A stretch of DNA of 63,890 nt, filler included, from Atractiella rhizophila (GCA_021432655.1; 5 parts of 5 records of this genome joined end to end with filler, not necessarily neighbours in it); one strand, 5' to 3'; positions 49,402-62,924 are shown, numbered from the whole stretch's first letter. The notes: generated by a model not told the origin, from the letters alone. A program made the numbers and translations.

Positions 49402-51831
49402 CTACTTGAGAAGCTTATCCCTGCTCCTGCTAGCCTTCAGGTTCTTCAAAAACCCAGGAACCTGTAATCCTCTCCTCTCTCCCGACGAACTCTCTGCGGC
49501 CCATCCCCGGTTCAGGGATTCCATCTCCGCTTCCGCTCCCAGAGAGGAGTAGTTCCACCTTCCCTCCCACTTGCCGTTTCCAGGCTCCACTCTGCCCTTA
49601 CTCGCATAAAGTCCCTCCACATCTACGTCCTCCGCATCCGCATCCGCATCCCCTTCTCCATCGACTTTAGACGACACAGGCGCATACTTTCCACTGCCAC
49701 CAGAACCGGAGGAGGGCGTGCCTGCCAGTTCTTCCCTCTCTTCGTCCTGCAGACCTGGAGAAGGCAGGGGAAGGGTAGAGTTGACGATGTACGTCCCGTT
49801 TCCGGGGGAACTCTCGCCAGCCGATGGCGTGGAGGTGTAGGCGGGGGCGGCGGCTGGCGTGGGAGTTGTGGACGCACTTGGGGCGGAGAAGAGCGCCGGT
49901 CTGGGACCCTGAGGAGCAGTTGGAGCGCGCTTCATGACGTTGGAGAAGGAGGCGGGCTCCTCAGTGAAGAAAGTTCGCTTCTCCTCTTCTCCGTCTCCAG
50001 CTTCCTCCGCCGATTTAGCGATCGAGAAGAATCCACCGGATTTGCTCAAGGTGGGCAGACCGAAAGAGGAATCGCTTGAGGATTGCCGACGAGGTGGGAA
50101 GGAGGGTTCGAAGCTTATGGGAGGCTTGTAGGTCGAGAGCGAGCGGGCGATACCGCCCGATGTGGCAGTCGGAGGGGTGAAGGGCGCGATGGATGGGTCC
50201 TTCTCTATTCCGGATCGAGAGCGCTTGGTATTTCGCATGGCGACGGCGGCAACAGATGTGTCGAAGGAATTTGGGTCCACCGTGATGGTAGCAGGGCCTG
50301 TGCATTCCTTTTGTCAGCTTGAACGACGGGATGAGCAAGAAGCGTACCGTGACGAGCGAGATCGATGCGCTCTGCGATGTATTGAGCGCTGTAGAGGAAC
50401 ACTCCAAACAAGGCGGCATTGTTACCTATTCACACACGGCCAGATTCATTAGTATGGCTCCACTCACGACGCACTTCGACGCGAGTTCTCTCTATCCCAT
50501 TTCCAGAGAAAAGAAAGAAGGACCTACCAAGGACGACGGCCAAGATGGTCCAGAAGTTCTTCCACTCCTTACTCTTCACCGTACACAGGTAACTGCTAAC
50601 CAAGCTCCTATTGTGAAGATCCCCCAAAGCCTGTTCCATCACGAAACTGCAGATCCCAATAGACTTGTTCCTCAGTTCCCCGATCGTGTCTGGTTCCGGT
50701 TGAGGAGGCAACGCTGCCGTGTTGTAATTGTGGATCGCAAGACCCCCGATTCCGGATATCGCCAACACTTCGCCTGTGCACACGGGCAACGTCAGCAAAG
50801 CCCCTGGTCAACCCAACACCCCCCCTCTCCACACAAGAAGAAGAGGACAAACCCAAAACCCACAACAAAAAGACAAAGGCGCGGCACACCTGAAAAGGTA
50901 AAAACACACAACATAGACAACACGAGACACAAGAGAAAAACAGACACCACAAGACGCGCCAAAAACGAAAACGTGGTGGAAAAACCGGTCCCCCACAGGT
51001 TCACACGCGAAAAGCAAAACCCACACACACACACGCACACACCACACAAAAACACAAGGGACACGGAAAACGCGTGCGCAGAGACACCCGCCCCCCCATA
51101 GGGGCCAAAACGACACTGGTCACAGCTCTGAGAACAAAAACACGGTAGAGATAGGAGAGGATGAACCTGATTAAAGGTGTTGTTGGCGAACTGATACCTA
51201 GCCAAGAAAGGCGAGAAGCCGTAAATTGAATTTTGGACAAGCTGTTGTCCGGCTTTCGTCCAAGATGGAAGGTTGGAGAAGGACTGATCGAAGTTGGTGC
51301 AAAGGCCGATGACCATCTCTTCATCGTCGTCCTTTTTGGTTTGGTCGAGCAGGGAGGACGTTTGACCGTTGGTTGGGAGTTCAACGAGCGGCGTACCGCT
51401 CACTGAACAGTTAGCGCAGACGCCGTAAACGAAGGATTGTTGGCCGTAGTAGTACGTTATACCTATCGAGGTGATGTTACAAGAGAGAGGGTCACCTGTA
51501 GCCGTCGCGCATTCAGTCAGCTCCTCCGAAAAGATACTTATGTCTTGGATGACAATGGTGAAGCATCGACGTACCCTTGTACCCGAATCCAGTCTGGAAC
51601 TCAGCAGTGGTCAGGTTCTTTGTGACACTGTTGAGAGCCCAATTGAAAGTACCCTGAGGTTGGGTGTAGAAGAGGGATCCGACATTGAGTTGGACTGGAG
51701 AACATTGGGTGGAATCATCGGATGTGTAGGAGGGGAGGAGGATGGAGGTGAAGACTGAGTTGTAACCTTGTGTGAGCACATTCCATATCGTCAGAGCTAT
51801 GTATCTGTTCCGTCATTATCGTATTAGCGTG
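49402..51831 (-). CDS. Hypothetical membrane protein with Ser/Pro-rich tail, 5'-partial, multi-exon; corrupted at about 50795-51130
   Basis: Spliced frames link SSYLCTVKSKEWKNFWTILAVVLG-SNNAALFGVFLY to ORF 49402-50280. Confidence 0.55.
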
Positions 51832-51931
51832 NNNNNNNNNNNNNNNNNNNNNNNNNNNNNNNNNNNNNNNNNNNNTTAATTAATTAANNNNNNNNNNNNN
51901 NNNNNNNNNNNNNNNNNNNNNNNNNNNNNNN
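51832..51931. other. Artificial contig linker
   Basis: N44-TTAATTAATTAA-N44. Confidence 0.97.
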
Positions 51932-52670
51932 CTTAAGCACCGGTTCGTGGGGTGAGCAAAGAGACGAGACCGATCGGAGCGCTACGTACTGGGCGTACAA
52001 CGACGGTTTCTCCGAGCTTCTCGCTAGTTTCTTGAACCCAGAAACACCTTAGTAAAACTTACTGAAGGTCTCACGACCACTACCTTTGCTCTACTAAAAA
52101 ATACTACTAGGTTTCACTCATAATGGGGATACTGTCCAGTGAAATTTTTGATTTCCAGCAATGTAACTGTTAGCACATATTAACATCGAATACGCGAAAC
52201 GGGCGAAATCACGCACTCGTTTCCTCTCACTGCAAGAGCGGCTGCTTTCTCAGGATCCGTAATGCCTTGCGGACCAGGGGAGGTGAGGGAGAGGACTTGG
52301 AACTCCACGCCAGCTTCGTCCATCATAGCAAGCCGATTGTCCAGTTCGACAAGCTGGGTCTCCAAGAGGTCTACACCATTAGGACCAGCATAACCTTTCG
52401 CTTCTTCGCGCCTGTTGCTCGTCATTACAGCCTTCCCGAACATCACAACGGACTAATGATCAGAACACTTACAGTTCAGGAAGTTGAAAAGCTTCCTCGA
52501 GTATGATTTTGCCTTTCATGAGGAATGCCTTAGCTTGATTGACTGCCTAGATGGGCTTGAAGGGCTAGGTGCATGGAGTATTTATATAATTCCACTCGGT
52601 AGACAGCAGGCATCTTCTTGCCGTCGTATGCGGGGAGTTGAGATACTGGAGAAGATTTCTGCCGCACCAT
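51932..52670 (-). CDS. Amidohydrolase-2 family aromatic acid decarboxylase (2,3-dihydroxybenzoate decarboxylase-like), 3'-partial
   Basis: RLAMMDEAGVEFQVLSLTSPGPQG...AAALAVRGN. Confidence 0.75.
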
Positions 52671-53245
52671 GTCATGGCGGCCAGGGAGTGTGCCCTTGAA
52701 AAAGCAACCCACAACTGACCCGAACCAAGATGTGGAAGCTTAGGATAACGTACTCGACATGATCGCAAGTCGTGAGCTATCATACCTTTGGCCTTAACAT
52801 ATAAATACGAACAACTCCAACAGCCCAGAAGTTAGAATCGACCCCGTGACATGGGTCTGGCAGCAAATAAATCGCTCGAGTTAACATAATGCTTCAACAC
52901 TACTCTCAGCACTATAGACTGCTGTGTGCTATTCAAGAGGTTTCATGCTCAGGACCTGCCAGGGGCATTGATAGCTGTCATTGCGGACTTTTATACAGTT
53001 GCGTGGCACGAGACTGGTCTCGTATAGCTGTTCCTGACTGTTCCCAACTTCCTCCAACCAGAGTGATGGTGTAGACAGGATGATGCAATTCGGCTAGCTG
53101 AATCGACACGCTCTTTTCAACAACATTTTCCAAAGCCTCTATCAGACCATTTCCCAGACCATACCACGAGGAATAAACAACAGCGATACAGATATATGAA
53201 TTAATCGGGCCCAATCCAAAATGCAACGCGGCGGACAAGGGTTGC

Positions 53246-54085
53246 TCAGAGCTTGACCTCCTTCATGCCATCTTTCCAGAAAATGAAGTAGGGAGTGACT
53301 CCATCCTCCTAGCATCAGAGTAGACATTGAGTGAGGTCGGAACATACGAAGAAAACAGGATGACTAACTCGGTAGTTCATGAGAGGGACCATGCCATCAG
53401 GGTTCATGGTCTCTCCGGTCCAGAATTCGTAGTCCTTAATATTTGCGACCACTCTGATGCCAAATGTTGTCAAGTCGTGAAAGTCAGATAGACAGGATTG
53501 TTGCGTACTTCTTGGCAAATTCCTGAGCTTTCTTCTCAAAGATAGGAATACGATCAGGATTGGTCTCCTGAAGGTGGGCCTTGACAGCCTTGAGATATCC
53601 CTTCAGATCTCGTTAGACATTGCTCCACATAACTGCACCCAGAAACTACCTTGAGATAAGTCATATAGCTCTTCTTGTCGAAGGCAGTAGATGTAAGCCG
53701 GAAAGAGTGAGCGATGTTGTTCACCTTCTCCTCGGTAGAATCGACACCTTCTTCCGCTTCTTCGGCGGAAGGATTTGCTGTATTGCACAAATTGAGCAGG
53801 CGAAACTTTGGTGATGGAAGCCTAACCTCCGATGTCGACCTCTCCTTCTTTGACAACCACCATCGCCGCATCGACTTCGTAAACGATGTCATCAACATCA
53901 ATAAGCTAATCAAGAAGGAAACATGAGAGTCTATCAATACCCTGTTTCCTTTTAATTGGACATGAAAGACGTACCTTGTAGGCATCAGAGATCAGCTCAT
54001 CGCCTGTTTCGCATCACAAGTCAGCATCAGCTCAATTTGAGCTTCAGAGGATAGTACCTGAGACAACATCGGTATATAGCAACAT
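53246..54085 (-). CDS. TMA19: Translationally controlled tumour protein (TCTP), multi-exon
   Basis: MLLYTDVVS-GDELISDAY, GANPSAEEAEEG, FDKKSYMTYLK, GETMNPDGMV, TPYFIFWKDG. Confidence 0.95.
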
Positions 54086-54316
54086 CGCGTAGTGGAACAG
54101 GCGCTGAAGAGCTCAAAAGGATGGAAGAGATTGATTCGATGGGCAACCCGATCAGCAAGGAAAGAAATTTTAGAGATCAGGACCCTAACCCTATAAGAAT
54201 TATCCTTAGCAGGCTGCATTAACCTGCATCAACTGCGTCATTTTGCCAGCTACCTAACTTTCAAGTTGTTACGCCTTTGCCCATTGTCATCTGTTCGCTC
54301 ATCACGATACCAGAAA

Positions 54317-54859
54317 ATGGCTGTCCAAATTGCCAACGTGAACGACATCCGAGTCGAGAAGCACCGTATTCCACTGTTCAAGGGCTTTCCAAACACGTCC
54401 GTCCTCTCAAAACCACTCCTAATCTACCGCTCCGTCTTCCCCTCTACCACCTCCTCCTCCGAAATCTGCAACCACCTTTCCAGTATCGGAGTGGTCGCTC
54501 CGCAGTGGACCTACACAATGTATTCCTTCTCCCACTTCCACTCCACAGCCCATGAGGTCCTCTGCGTCTCGCAAGGCAGCGCGTCTCTCTGTTTTGGGGA
54601 TGAAGAGAATCCAGAGCGTGTGGAAACAACGGTGAAGAAGGGTGATGTAATCATTGTCCCAGCTGGAGTGGCACATCGTCTTTTGGAAGATTTGGAGGGA
54701 GGTTATGAAATGGTGGGGAGCTATCCAAAAGGAACAAATTGGGATAACTGTAAAGGAGACGAAGCGGAACTGGAGGAGGTAACGGAGAGGATCAGCAAAC
54801 TAAAGTGGTTTGATAGAGATCCCGTTTATGGAGATGAAGGACCCGCGCTTCAGTCATGA
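54317..54859 (+). CDS. Cupin-fold protein (YjlB-like), intronless
   Basis: FPNTS...PLLIY, HFHSTAHEVL, GDVIIVPAGVAH, MVGSYPKG, DRDPVYG. Confidence 0.88.
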   Translation: MAVQIANVNDIRVEKHRIPLFKGFPNTSVLSKPLLIYRSVFPSTTSSSEICNHLSSIGVVAPQWTYTMYSFSHFHSTAHEVLCVSQGSASLCFGDEENPERVETTVKKGDVIIVPAGVAHRLLEDLEGGYEMVGSYPKGTNWDNCKGDEAELEEVTERISKLKWFDRDPVYGDEGPALQS

Positions 54860-56339
54860 ATGTACGTATGGAAGAAACGGTCCGCCATTCCTACGCTTTC
54901 CAAGGCATCTGTCTTACTGTCGTAGTGTAGAAAAATATAGGAATATTTGGTGATGTAGATAGACTTGTCGCTCAATACTTTGTGTTTATTATGATATTGA
55001 CATGATCAATCGAGGCCACTAGCAATCCTTCGGCCCATCATCTTCCGCATACTGAAAGTGTACGCTGTGCTTGACACTCAAACTGACAATGCTCTTGCAT
55101 AACATTCGCATACTCGTCTAAGAACAGGTTGACATAATTGTCATACCAGGTTAGATTGTCATTTCCTTCTGATGATACTGACTGAGCATTTGCTACTCCT
55201 AGTTCAGCGTCGTACGCCTTATCATCCAGCATATCCAGATATCCAGCACATTGGCAAATCGGAAAGATTTGCTCGGGGACAAAGAACAGATTCCTTCGGC
55301 TTCTTCATCAACTTCGATTCGATTTCCATTTGCATATTTTGTAAAGCCTCGTTAATGATTCCTGATTCCGTTCACAATGTCCGTTCACAATTTTAGTCAG
55401 TGATCAGAAAACACGAACTCCAATACTTGGACCTAGAAATGAACAAACAAGGCAGAATTTCACAAAGATAGTGAAAACGCGTCCTTTCTCTTTGTTTTGT
55501 GTTTAATCGGCACCGGCCTACTTCGTAAAGCTCGCATGCGGCCTCATACTTAGCAATATGGTGAGCGCTATTAACCGTCCGAACAAGCATATATTCATTT
55601 TCTGAATTTCCATTACCATTTCTTTCTGCCGAACTTCAGTCAAATACCTTCGACGTGAAGGGATAACCTATAGCCTGCCACATTACTCGACGAAAAAGAC
55701 AGAATTTCCATGTGACTTTCAAAACAAAACGGCATCATAGGGCGCATACTATGTATTTGTAATATTTTCACAAAATTTACACGTTGCTTGGATAATATCA
55801 AGAAACGTGCGCCAAAATGTGTCACACAGTAATATATCCAAGTAGGCGGCCTTAAATCGAGAAAGTGTAAAATTTCGTGTTCAATATTTTCATGACAGTT
55901 AGACAATGAACTTCACAAGGTGAACGCGTCCTTTCACAGCAACTTTGTGCGTGAAACTCCTACTACTGCGTCGCCCTCTGCTCATTTCACACCATTCCTC
56001 CACACTGCACTTTGCGACGCGATTTACACACCTTTATTGATAACTTTGGCAACATGCAGTCAGCATCCTTAGTCACGTCCTCCGACATCTGGGCTGCTTT
56101 GAAATCAACCCACCTACGGCTCTCAGCATGACCCTCACATTCCGCTTGACTGTGTTGATGATTGAACAGCTTTGGACGTGAAATGTCGGTCGTCCAATGT
56201 CGGGCTGGATTATGACACAGATCGGTCTCACAGCTCCCGGCCAACGGCTTGCGTTTATCTAAGGCCAAGCCCAGGCAAGGCGGAATCCCATTCCAAGTTC
56301 TTTCTACGTCAAACCACCAGCTGCACTCCTCCAAGCATC

Positions 56340-58199
56340 ATGGCAGTCTCATCTCCCATCCCTGAGCCAGATCCAACCACCCAGCTGCCTCCTCCTCCGC
56401 CCGCCATACAGACCATCCCGAATTACGAACAGATCATCGCGACGCTTGTTGTTCACTTTGGAAGCCCGGACTTTCTCCTGCGTGAGTCTTCCGTCTTAAC
56501 CGTCATGAGTGTATTTTCTGATTGATTCTTGAAATGGAACGGATGCTGTATTGATGACATCGCAGCCACGAGCGTGAAGGCGCTGAAGGCTTTTCAAAAA
56601 TCTCGATCAAAATTCATACCCTCTCGGTACTCTCCCTCTCCTCAAATCTCGCCTTCCTATTCTTCATATCGAAAAGCAGCGCTCGAAGCGCAGCAAAAAC
56701 ATCCAGAGGATTGGCGTCCGCTTACGGAGTGGGAGAAATGGTTTCTCACCAGTCAGCAGTTTGGACGATTCCTCAGGGCTGTTAAGGGCGATGAATTCAG
56801 GACATTGGAACGGGCCGAAGTCACCACGACTTGGAGGAGGGAATATGGAGTGGATGAGCTTACAGAGGATGTGGTAGAGGAAGAGGTATGTCATTGCTAG
56901 ACTTTTGCCGTTGGGATCGTTAAGAAAGCACTTGATGGAAATGCCCGTCATTTCGCATCTGCTTTACATCAGCGCTTCTCGTTTGGGCCTTGTCAGCAGA
57001 ATGAAAGGGGCTGATTTTTCTTGTTAACAGAGCAAGACCGGTAAACAGATGGTGCTAGGACACGACAATCGTACGTTCTTCATTACTTTGTTTCCTTATA
57101 ATGACTGAAAGACAAATGAATTAGATCGGCGGCCATGCCTTTACATGTATCCCTACCGACAAAATACCAAAGTTTCTCCCCGCCAGATCCAGTTCGTGGT
57201 CTGGACACTAGAACGGGCAATAGATCTCATGCCTCCCGGTGTTGAGAATCTCTGTCTCATGATCGATTTCGGGTCTGGAGTAGGTGGTGGCGGTCAACCA
57301 ACGACACCGGGACAGGCGAAGAAGGTGTTGGAGATCCTGCAAACGTATTATTGTGAAAGGTTAGGACGAGCAGTTTGCATCAATGGTCCGTTGTTCTTCC
57401 CCTTTTCTTTTCCAGAGACGGAAGGAAGACTGATTGAAGGTGTCAATGAAACACAGTTCCAATGCTCTTTTGGGGATTTTACAAGCTCCTAGGTCCGTTC
57501 ATTGATCCAATCACGAAGGATAAGATCCGCTTCAATCCCGACGTCCGTGCACTCGTTCCTCCCTCTCAACTCGAAAAGGCAATGTTCAAAGGAGACCTCG
57601 ACTTCGAGTACAAGCATGAAGAATTCTACCCCGCCCTTGCAAAGCTGTGTAAGCAGAGAAGGGAGGAGCAGTTCGAACGGTGGAAGAAGGCTGGAGGAAG
57701 GGTGGGAGAGGATGAGTGGATTATCAAGGGCGGAGAAGTAGAGCAGGGAGAGACTAAACCGAATGGAGTGATGGTGAATGGCACCGCTGCGGCGGAATAC
57801 ACCCATGTCTCTGAAGAGGATTTGAAGGAAGAAGAACGACCGCGTCGGCCTTCTAGGAGAGATACAGCGTCACACGACTGTGGCGACGACGTGTTGGGGG
57901 ATCAAGCTCCCGATCCGAACACGATCGAGACGCCGGAAAGCTCTATCTTCAGGGGTAGCAGTGGCACGAACACGCCGTCCTCATTCTCTTCGAGGCGGTC
58001 TAGCACGTCCAACGTCGATGAAGATGAGAATAGGAAGGTCGTCAAGCAGATTCAGGAGATCTCGCTGAAAACTAATGGATACGCTAATACTGATGAAGCA
58101 CTCAACGATCTCACTACTCCCCGTGTTACGAAGACGCCGCTTCTCCCTGATGAGGTACCGGAGGAACGGAAGGATGACGTGAAGAAAGTTGTCGCATAG
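56340..58199 (+). CDS. CRAL-TRIO/Sec14-family lipid transfer protein (Pdr16/17-like), multi-exon
   Basis: FGRFLRAVK...WRREYGV, RPCLYMYPYRQNT, LERAIDLMPPGVE, ILQTYYCERLGRA, PFIDPITKDKIRFN. Confidence 0.9.
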
Positions 58200-58543
58200 A
58201 GATATTTGATTCAGAGGATCATTCGCTCGTTGGTACCAGATTGAATGAGCCAGATTTCATGTTGGAGTGTAAGAATCTTTGCTGGAAGCACCTGTATATA
58301 GACTCAAATTCGTGAACCTTCATCTGATCAGTACTTTCATGCTTTCGTCTTTCTGCTTCATATCAACAGCTTTATATCCAAAGCTAGAAAGTATTGGTGG
58401 AATATAACACAATCTCCAAAAATGCGACTGGGCCGGGGTGCCGAGTTGACCCAAAAATTTCCAACCCCAAGCTCACCAAACCACCGCGTGTCGTTCTTCG
58501 CTTCCTTTCTGTCTTTCGCCCTCCAAACAATTTTATCAACATC

Positions 58544-60043
58544 ATGGCCAGCCGCTCATTACTCCGCCCTGTGTCCACGACTCTCCGCCAATTTTCCAAC
58601 TCGAGCCGGCTGTCCATACCTTCTCCAGCATGGCAGAAGACGGTCGGTGCCAAGGCTGCTATGATCAATGCCAGGCCTTCGTTAGTCGGACAGAAGAGGT
58701 CGGCTTCTAGTCAAGAGGGTGGGGAGGTGCGCATTCTATCGTTTGACGAATGGGAAGGGAATTGTTGACGTTTATGCAACTGTTTTGGATGGAGGAAGAT
58801 GACCTGCCGTGAAGCGCTGAACCAGGCTATGGATGAGGAGATGACCCGAGACCCGAATGTTTTCATTCTTGGAGAGGAGGTGGCTCAGTATAACGGAGCT
58901 TACAAGGTATGGCGCGTCCTTTAGTTGATAGACTTCGCCTCATCCCTGTTTCTTGTCAGGTAACAAAGGGTTTGTGGGATAAATATGGCGACAAGCGTGT
59001 GGTGGACACGCCAATTACCGAGATGGGGTTCGCGGGTCTTGCAGTTGGAGCTGCTTTCGCTGGTCTTCGCCCAATCTGCGAGTTCATGACTTGGAACTTT
59101 GCCATGCAGGTGTGTGTTTTACCTCCCAATTTGCGCCAGGAGCTCACATAGACACATAGGCTATCGACCAAATCGTCAACTCAGCAGGAAAGACGTACTA
59201 CATGTCTGGCGGAAACGTTCCATGCCCAATCGTCTTCCGCGGTCCCAACGGAGCAGCTGCTGGTGTGGCCGCTCAACACTCTCAAGACTATGCCGCTTGG
59301 TCAGTCTCTGCCTTCCACACACATTGCACTCTTCGTAAAGCTTACTCTGCATCAGGTACGGCCAGATCCCGGGATTGAAAGTTGTTTCCCCCTGGTCAGC
59401 GGAAGACTGCAAGGGTCTCCTAAAGTCCGCCATCCGTGATCCCAACCCAGTCTGTGTCCTCGAAAACGAAATCCTCTACGGCGCCTCTTTCCCCGTCTCC
59501 AAAGAGGCGCTCAAAGACGACTTCCTCATCCCCATTGGCAAGGCGAAGGTTGAGCGAGAGGGCAAAGACATCACCCTGGTGGGACACTCCAGGATGGTTT
59601 CGCTTTGCATGGAGGCGGCGGAGATTTTGGAGAAGGAGGAAGGCGTGAAGGCGGAGGTTATCAATCTGAGGAGTATCAGACCTCTTGATATGGATACCAT
59701 CGTTGCCAGCGTCAAAAAGACCAACCGGTATGCTTCCACTCATCTAATCTCATCCCATCTGACTTCGCCGGGTAGGTTGGTCACTGTTGAAGGAGGTTTC
59801 CCCATGTTCGGTGTCGGAGCAGAAATTGCAGCTCAAATTCTTGAGAGCGAGGCATTCGATTAGTGCGTCCCCTTCCCCTCCTGCCTCCATTTCTCATTTT
59901 TTTTTGGCAGTTTGGATGCCCCAGTTGAACGTGTGACGGGAGCTGACCTGCCCACACCTTACGCTGCCAACTTGGAGCGAATGGCTTTCCCCGAGACCTC
60001 AGTCATCGTCAAAGTCGCTAAACGTGCCCTTTACCGATCCTAA
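58544..60043 (+). CDS. PDB1: Pyruvate dehydrogenase E1 beta subunit, mitochondrial, multi-exon
   Basis: [47 protein letters not shown]-terminal mitochondrial presequence. Confidence 0.96.
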
Positions 60044-60229
60044 ACTATTTGGATACCTGTTCTTGCCCCTTAATGAGTGATTTTGTTCTTCATTGCTCTT
60101 TTTGTCCATTGGCACCCGTACGACACTTGTTGAACACGGAATCGGAAACTTGAGTAGTTGCAAGATATCTCAAACAATAAACCAGGTTGGCTCGTGGTTT
60201 ATGAAATAACAAAAGCGAAAAGACGTGGA

Positions 60230-60852
60230 CACATCGATGATTAAACATCGCAAGTCACGAAGGCGAAGAAAATTGGGGTTGTTCTCCAGAACCTCTACTT
60301 ATGTTCGGTATCTGTACCCCTCTCCCTCTTATACTCTGCCAACTGGATCTCGTACTTCGCCAATTCCTGTTCCGCCTCGGCAACGAAAGGCTACGAGCCC
60401 AAGTCAATTTCTGCCTTTTGGGAAATGAAGAGACGAGCATACCCTCTTCTCTTCATCCGACATAGTCCTCCATTTTTCTGCAAACAATCTCTGATTGGCT
60501 ATGATTCCTTGCCTGGCTGGTTCGGTCGACAGAGTGAGGTTGAACTTGGCAGGGTCGGCACGCGCAGCGTCATTGAACCGTAGATAGCCATTGATAGGCC
60601 GCTTGGGCTTTCGAGGGTCAACCAAGAGATAAGCTCGCTTGTTCTTCTTGCTGTTGCTGGCCTTTTGTTTTCGAACTCGATTCTCGTACTCGATCTCAGC
60701 TGGAGAAAGAGACGCCATGAACCTCTGGAGTTCCACCTCGTAATCTCGCTTAGCTTGGAGCGATCGTTGTTTGTAAACCTGTTCCAAGTTGCTTAGATGC
60801 AACTTGAAAGACAGAAACATACTTCACGCTCCGTTGGAGAGAGGTTCTTCCA
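60230..60852 (-). CDS. Tandem HMG-box protein, 5'-partial
   Basis: DPRKPKRPINGYLRF...FAEKWRTMSDEEKR; 3' end approximate. Confidence 0.75.
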
Positions 60853-60952
60853 NNNNNNNNNNNNNNNNNNNNNNNNNNNNNNNNNNNNNNNNNNNNTTAA
60901 TTAATTAANNNNNNNNNNNNNNNNNNNNNNNNNNNNNNNNNNNNNNNNNNNN
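60853..60952. other. Artificial contig linker
   Basis: N44-TTAATTAATTAA-N44. Confidence 0.97.
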
Positions 60953-61305
60953 GTCCAGCTCTTGTTTAATCCATCTAATCATCAAGCGAGCAGTTGGTGG
61001 TATCGTAAACAGCTAAAGAGACCAAGAAATAAGATTGACTAGTGTTTGTACCCAAGACCAAGATCTCCTCATCAATGCAGTTCAAGTCTCATTTCAGTAC
61101 TCAATAGGCTGGTTACAAAGGCACGGTAATCTTAGTAGCCGATGACAAGAAGGGGAGTAGTAGAATCACATTTGATAAAGATTGGTTAACATTGTCAAGA
61201 GGGCAATGTAATCAAGAAAGTCGAATCGTCGAGAACAATTGAGAGAATTATCAAGAGACGATGTTCAAAATCAATAAATCAGAATAAACAAGACTCCAAA
61301 CCGAT

Positions 61306-62924
61306 CTACCTCTTTCTCTTCCCTCCCACTTTCTTCCAAAAGTATTGCTTGCCTCCTGCCTTCCTGTTCTCCCTAACAGGTCGGACGAAGTCTACCAATT
61401 CCTTCGCTCTTGCCTCATCTGGGTCCTTTTCTGGACAATAATAATATGTGCTTTCGATCTCCCTCCCTTCCGCATCCTTCAATCCTTGATTCCCTACCCT
61501 CCCAAAGAAGCCTCCGTTCTCCCATCTCTTCCTCAAAATCGCCAGGCAAGGTTCTCTCCAAATCTCAACAGCCATATCCATATCTTCCTCGGGAGAGACA
61601 AGAGTGAGGAGGTCCCTGTTGTTGGAAAGGACTTCCCGGATCACTTCGCTTTCTGGGACACAGCCTTTAGGGTTGAAGACGATGGCACTGGCTAGCATTC
61701 CTTCAAGAGGAATGTTGGACTTGGAGAGGTGAGAGGAAATTACGGCGCTGTAGTCTTTCTGAGGCGTTGGCGGTTGAGGAGACGGAACAGGGGAGAGAGG
61801 GGAGTCTTCCACGATCGATGTCGGCGGTTTGGAAACGCGAGTGGGTGTCTTGAGGACATCTGAAGCGACAGGGGGAAGGATAGTAAGGTTGATGACGACT
61901 TGTTTTGCTAGCAGCATTTCAAAGCCCCTATCTTCCTCTAAATTACGGCAACACCAATCCGCGTCAGCAAGTCTCGGATGATAGTATAGGAACCGACGCA
62001 CCTTCCCAACTGATCCTAGCTTTCTTCCCGCTCTTGACAACGTAATCATCGACGGTCACTCCCGCCTTTCCTTCAACTGCCAGTAAGGCGTATCTACCAT
62101 CTGCCGCTACTCGAAGTGTACAATGACGACGAGAGACGTGAGCAAATTTGTTGGGGACAATGAGCATTTCCCCATCTTGTGGTTTCTGCGCCATTGGACG
62201 GCCAATCTGGATCTTCTGCGAGGGACGGAGGGAGAAGTTGATGACGGGATACTCAGTGCCTTGGAACGTTGTTGTGGCGTTCTCGCTAACCTCCACAGAT
62301 CCTTTCGCTGGGGAGGGTTTGTTCTTCCGAGGAGAGATAATGGTCGGGACCTTGGTAGAATCCTCTTCCACTCCGAGACAGTCGGCGTCGGATGGCACGC
62401 AGGATGTATCTTCAGAAAAAGTGCCCATCATTGGTAGGGACATGGGAAGGGAGCCGCAGTCCATCTCGCTGTCGGCCTTTTCATCAGGTGTCAAGTCGCC
62501 TGGTATGGAAGTCGGAGGGGAGGAATAGCGACCACCGTAAGCAGAGGACGCGAGAGGTGAAGAAGACCCATCTGCAACAACATTGAATCAGTCAATCTGG
62601 ACCACGATGTGTTGTTTTCAATGTGACGCGTCAAACACGCGACATGCAAGCTAAAATAAACCGTCCCGTCATGTAAAATCATACACGCTTTCATGTCGAT
62701 ACACAAAATGGGAATATTGCCTCAAGAGCAAGAAATACAACTATGGCTGGCAGTCACACGGGATCGGGTTCATGCTCCCAACACCGCGTGTTCTTGTGTT
62801 TGCACCGACTTGGTCATGCCCAACAGTTCGAAAAAGGACACGCACCATCGTCGAACCTCCTCTTTTTCTTTGCAGGCTCGAGTGAGTCCTGTCTCGCGGC
62901 CTGGGCGTACGAATCTGAAGCCAT
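61306..62924 (-). CDS. TOS4: FHA-domain protein of the Tos4/Plm2 family
   Basis: FHA motif IQIGR...HVSRRHC; C-terminal KDAEGREIESTYYYCPEKD...KQYFWKK; first exon MASDSY...KKKRRFDD joins in frame across intron 62845-62572. Confidence 0.72.
62626..62642. promoter_or_regulatory. MCB-like elements ACGCGT and ACGCGA
   Basis: ACGCGT at 62626-62631 and ACGCGA at 62637-62642, between two G1/S-related genes. Confidence 0.35.

Noticed and set aside
50319..51101. 260-aa Lys/Thr/His-rich plus-strand ORF
   Set aside because: Open largely because the T-depleted, probably erroneous stretch lacks stop codons; antisense to a plausible gene.
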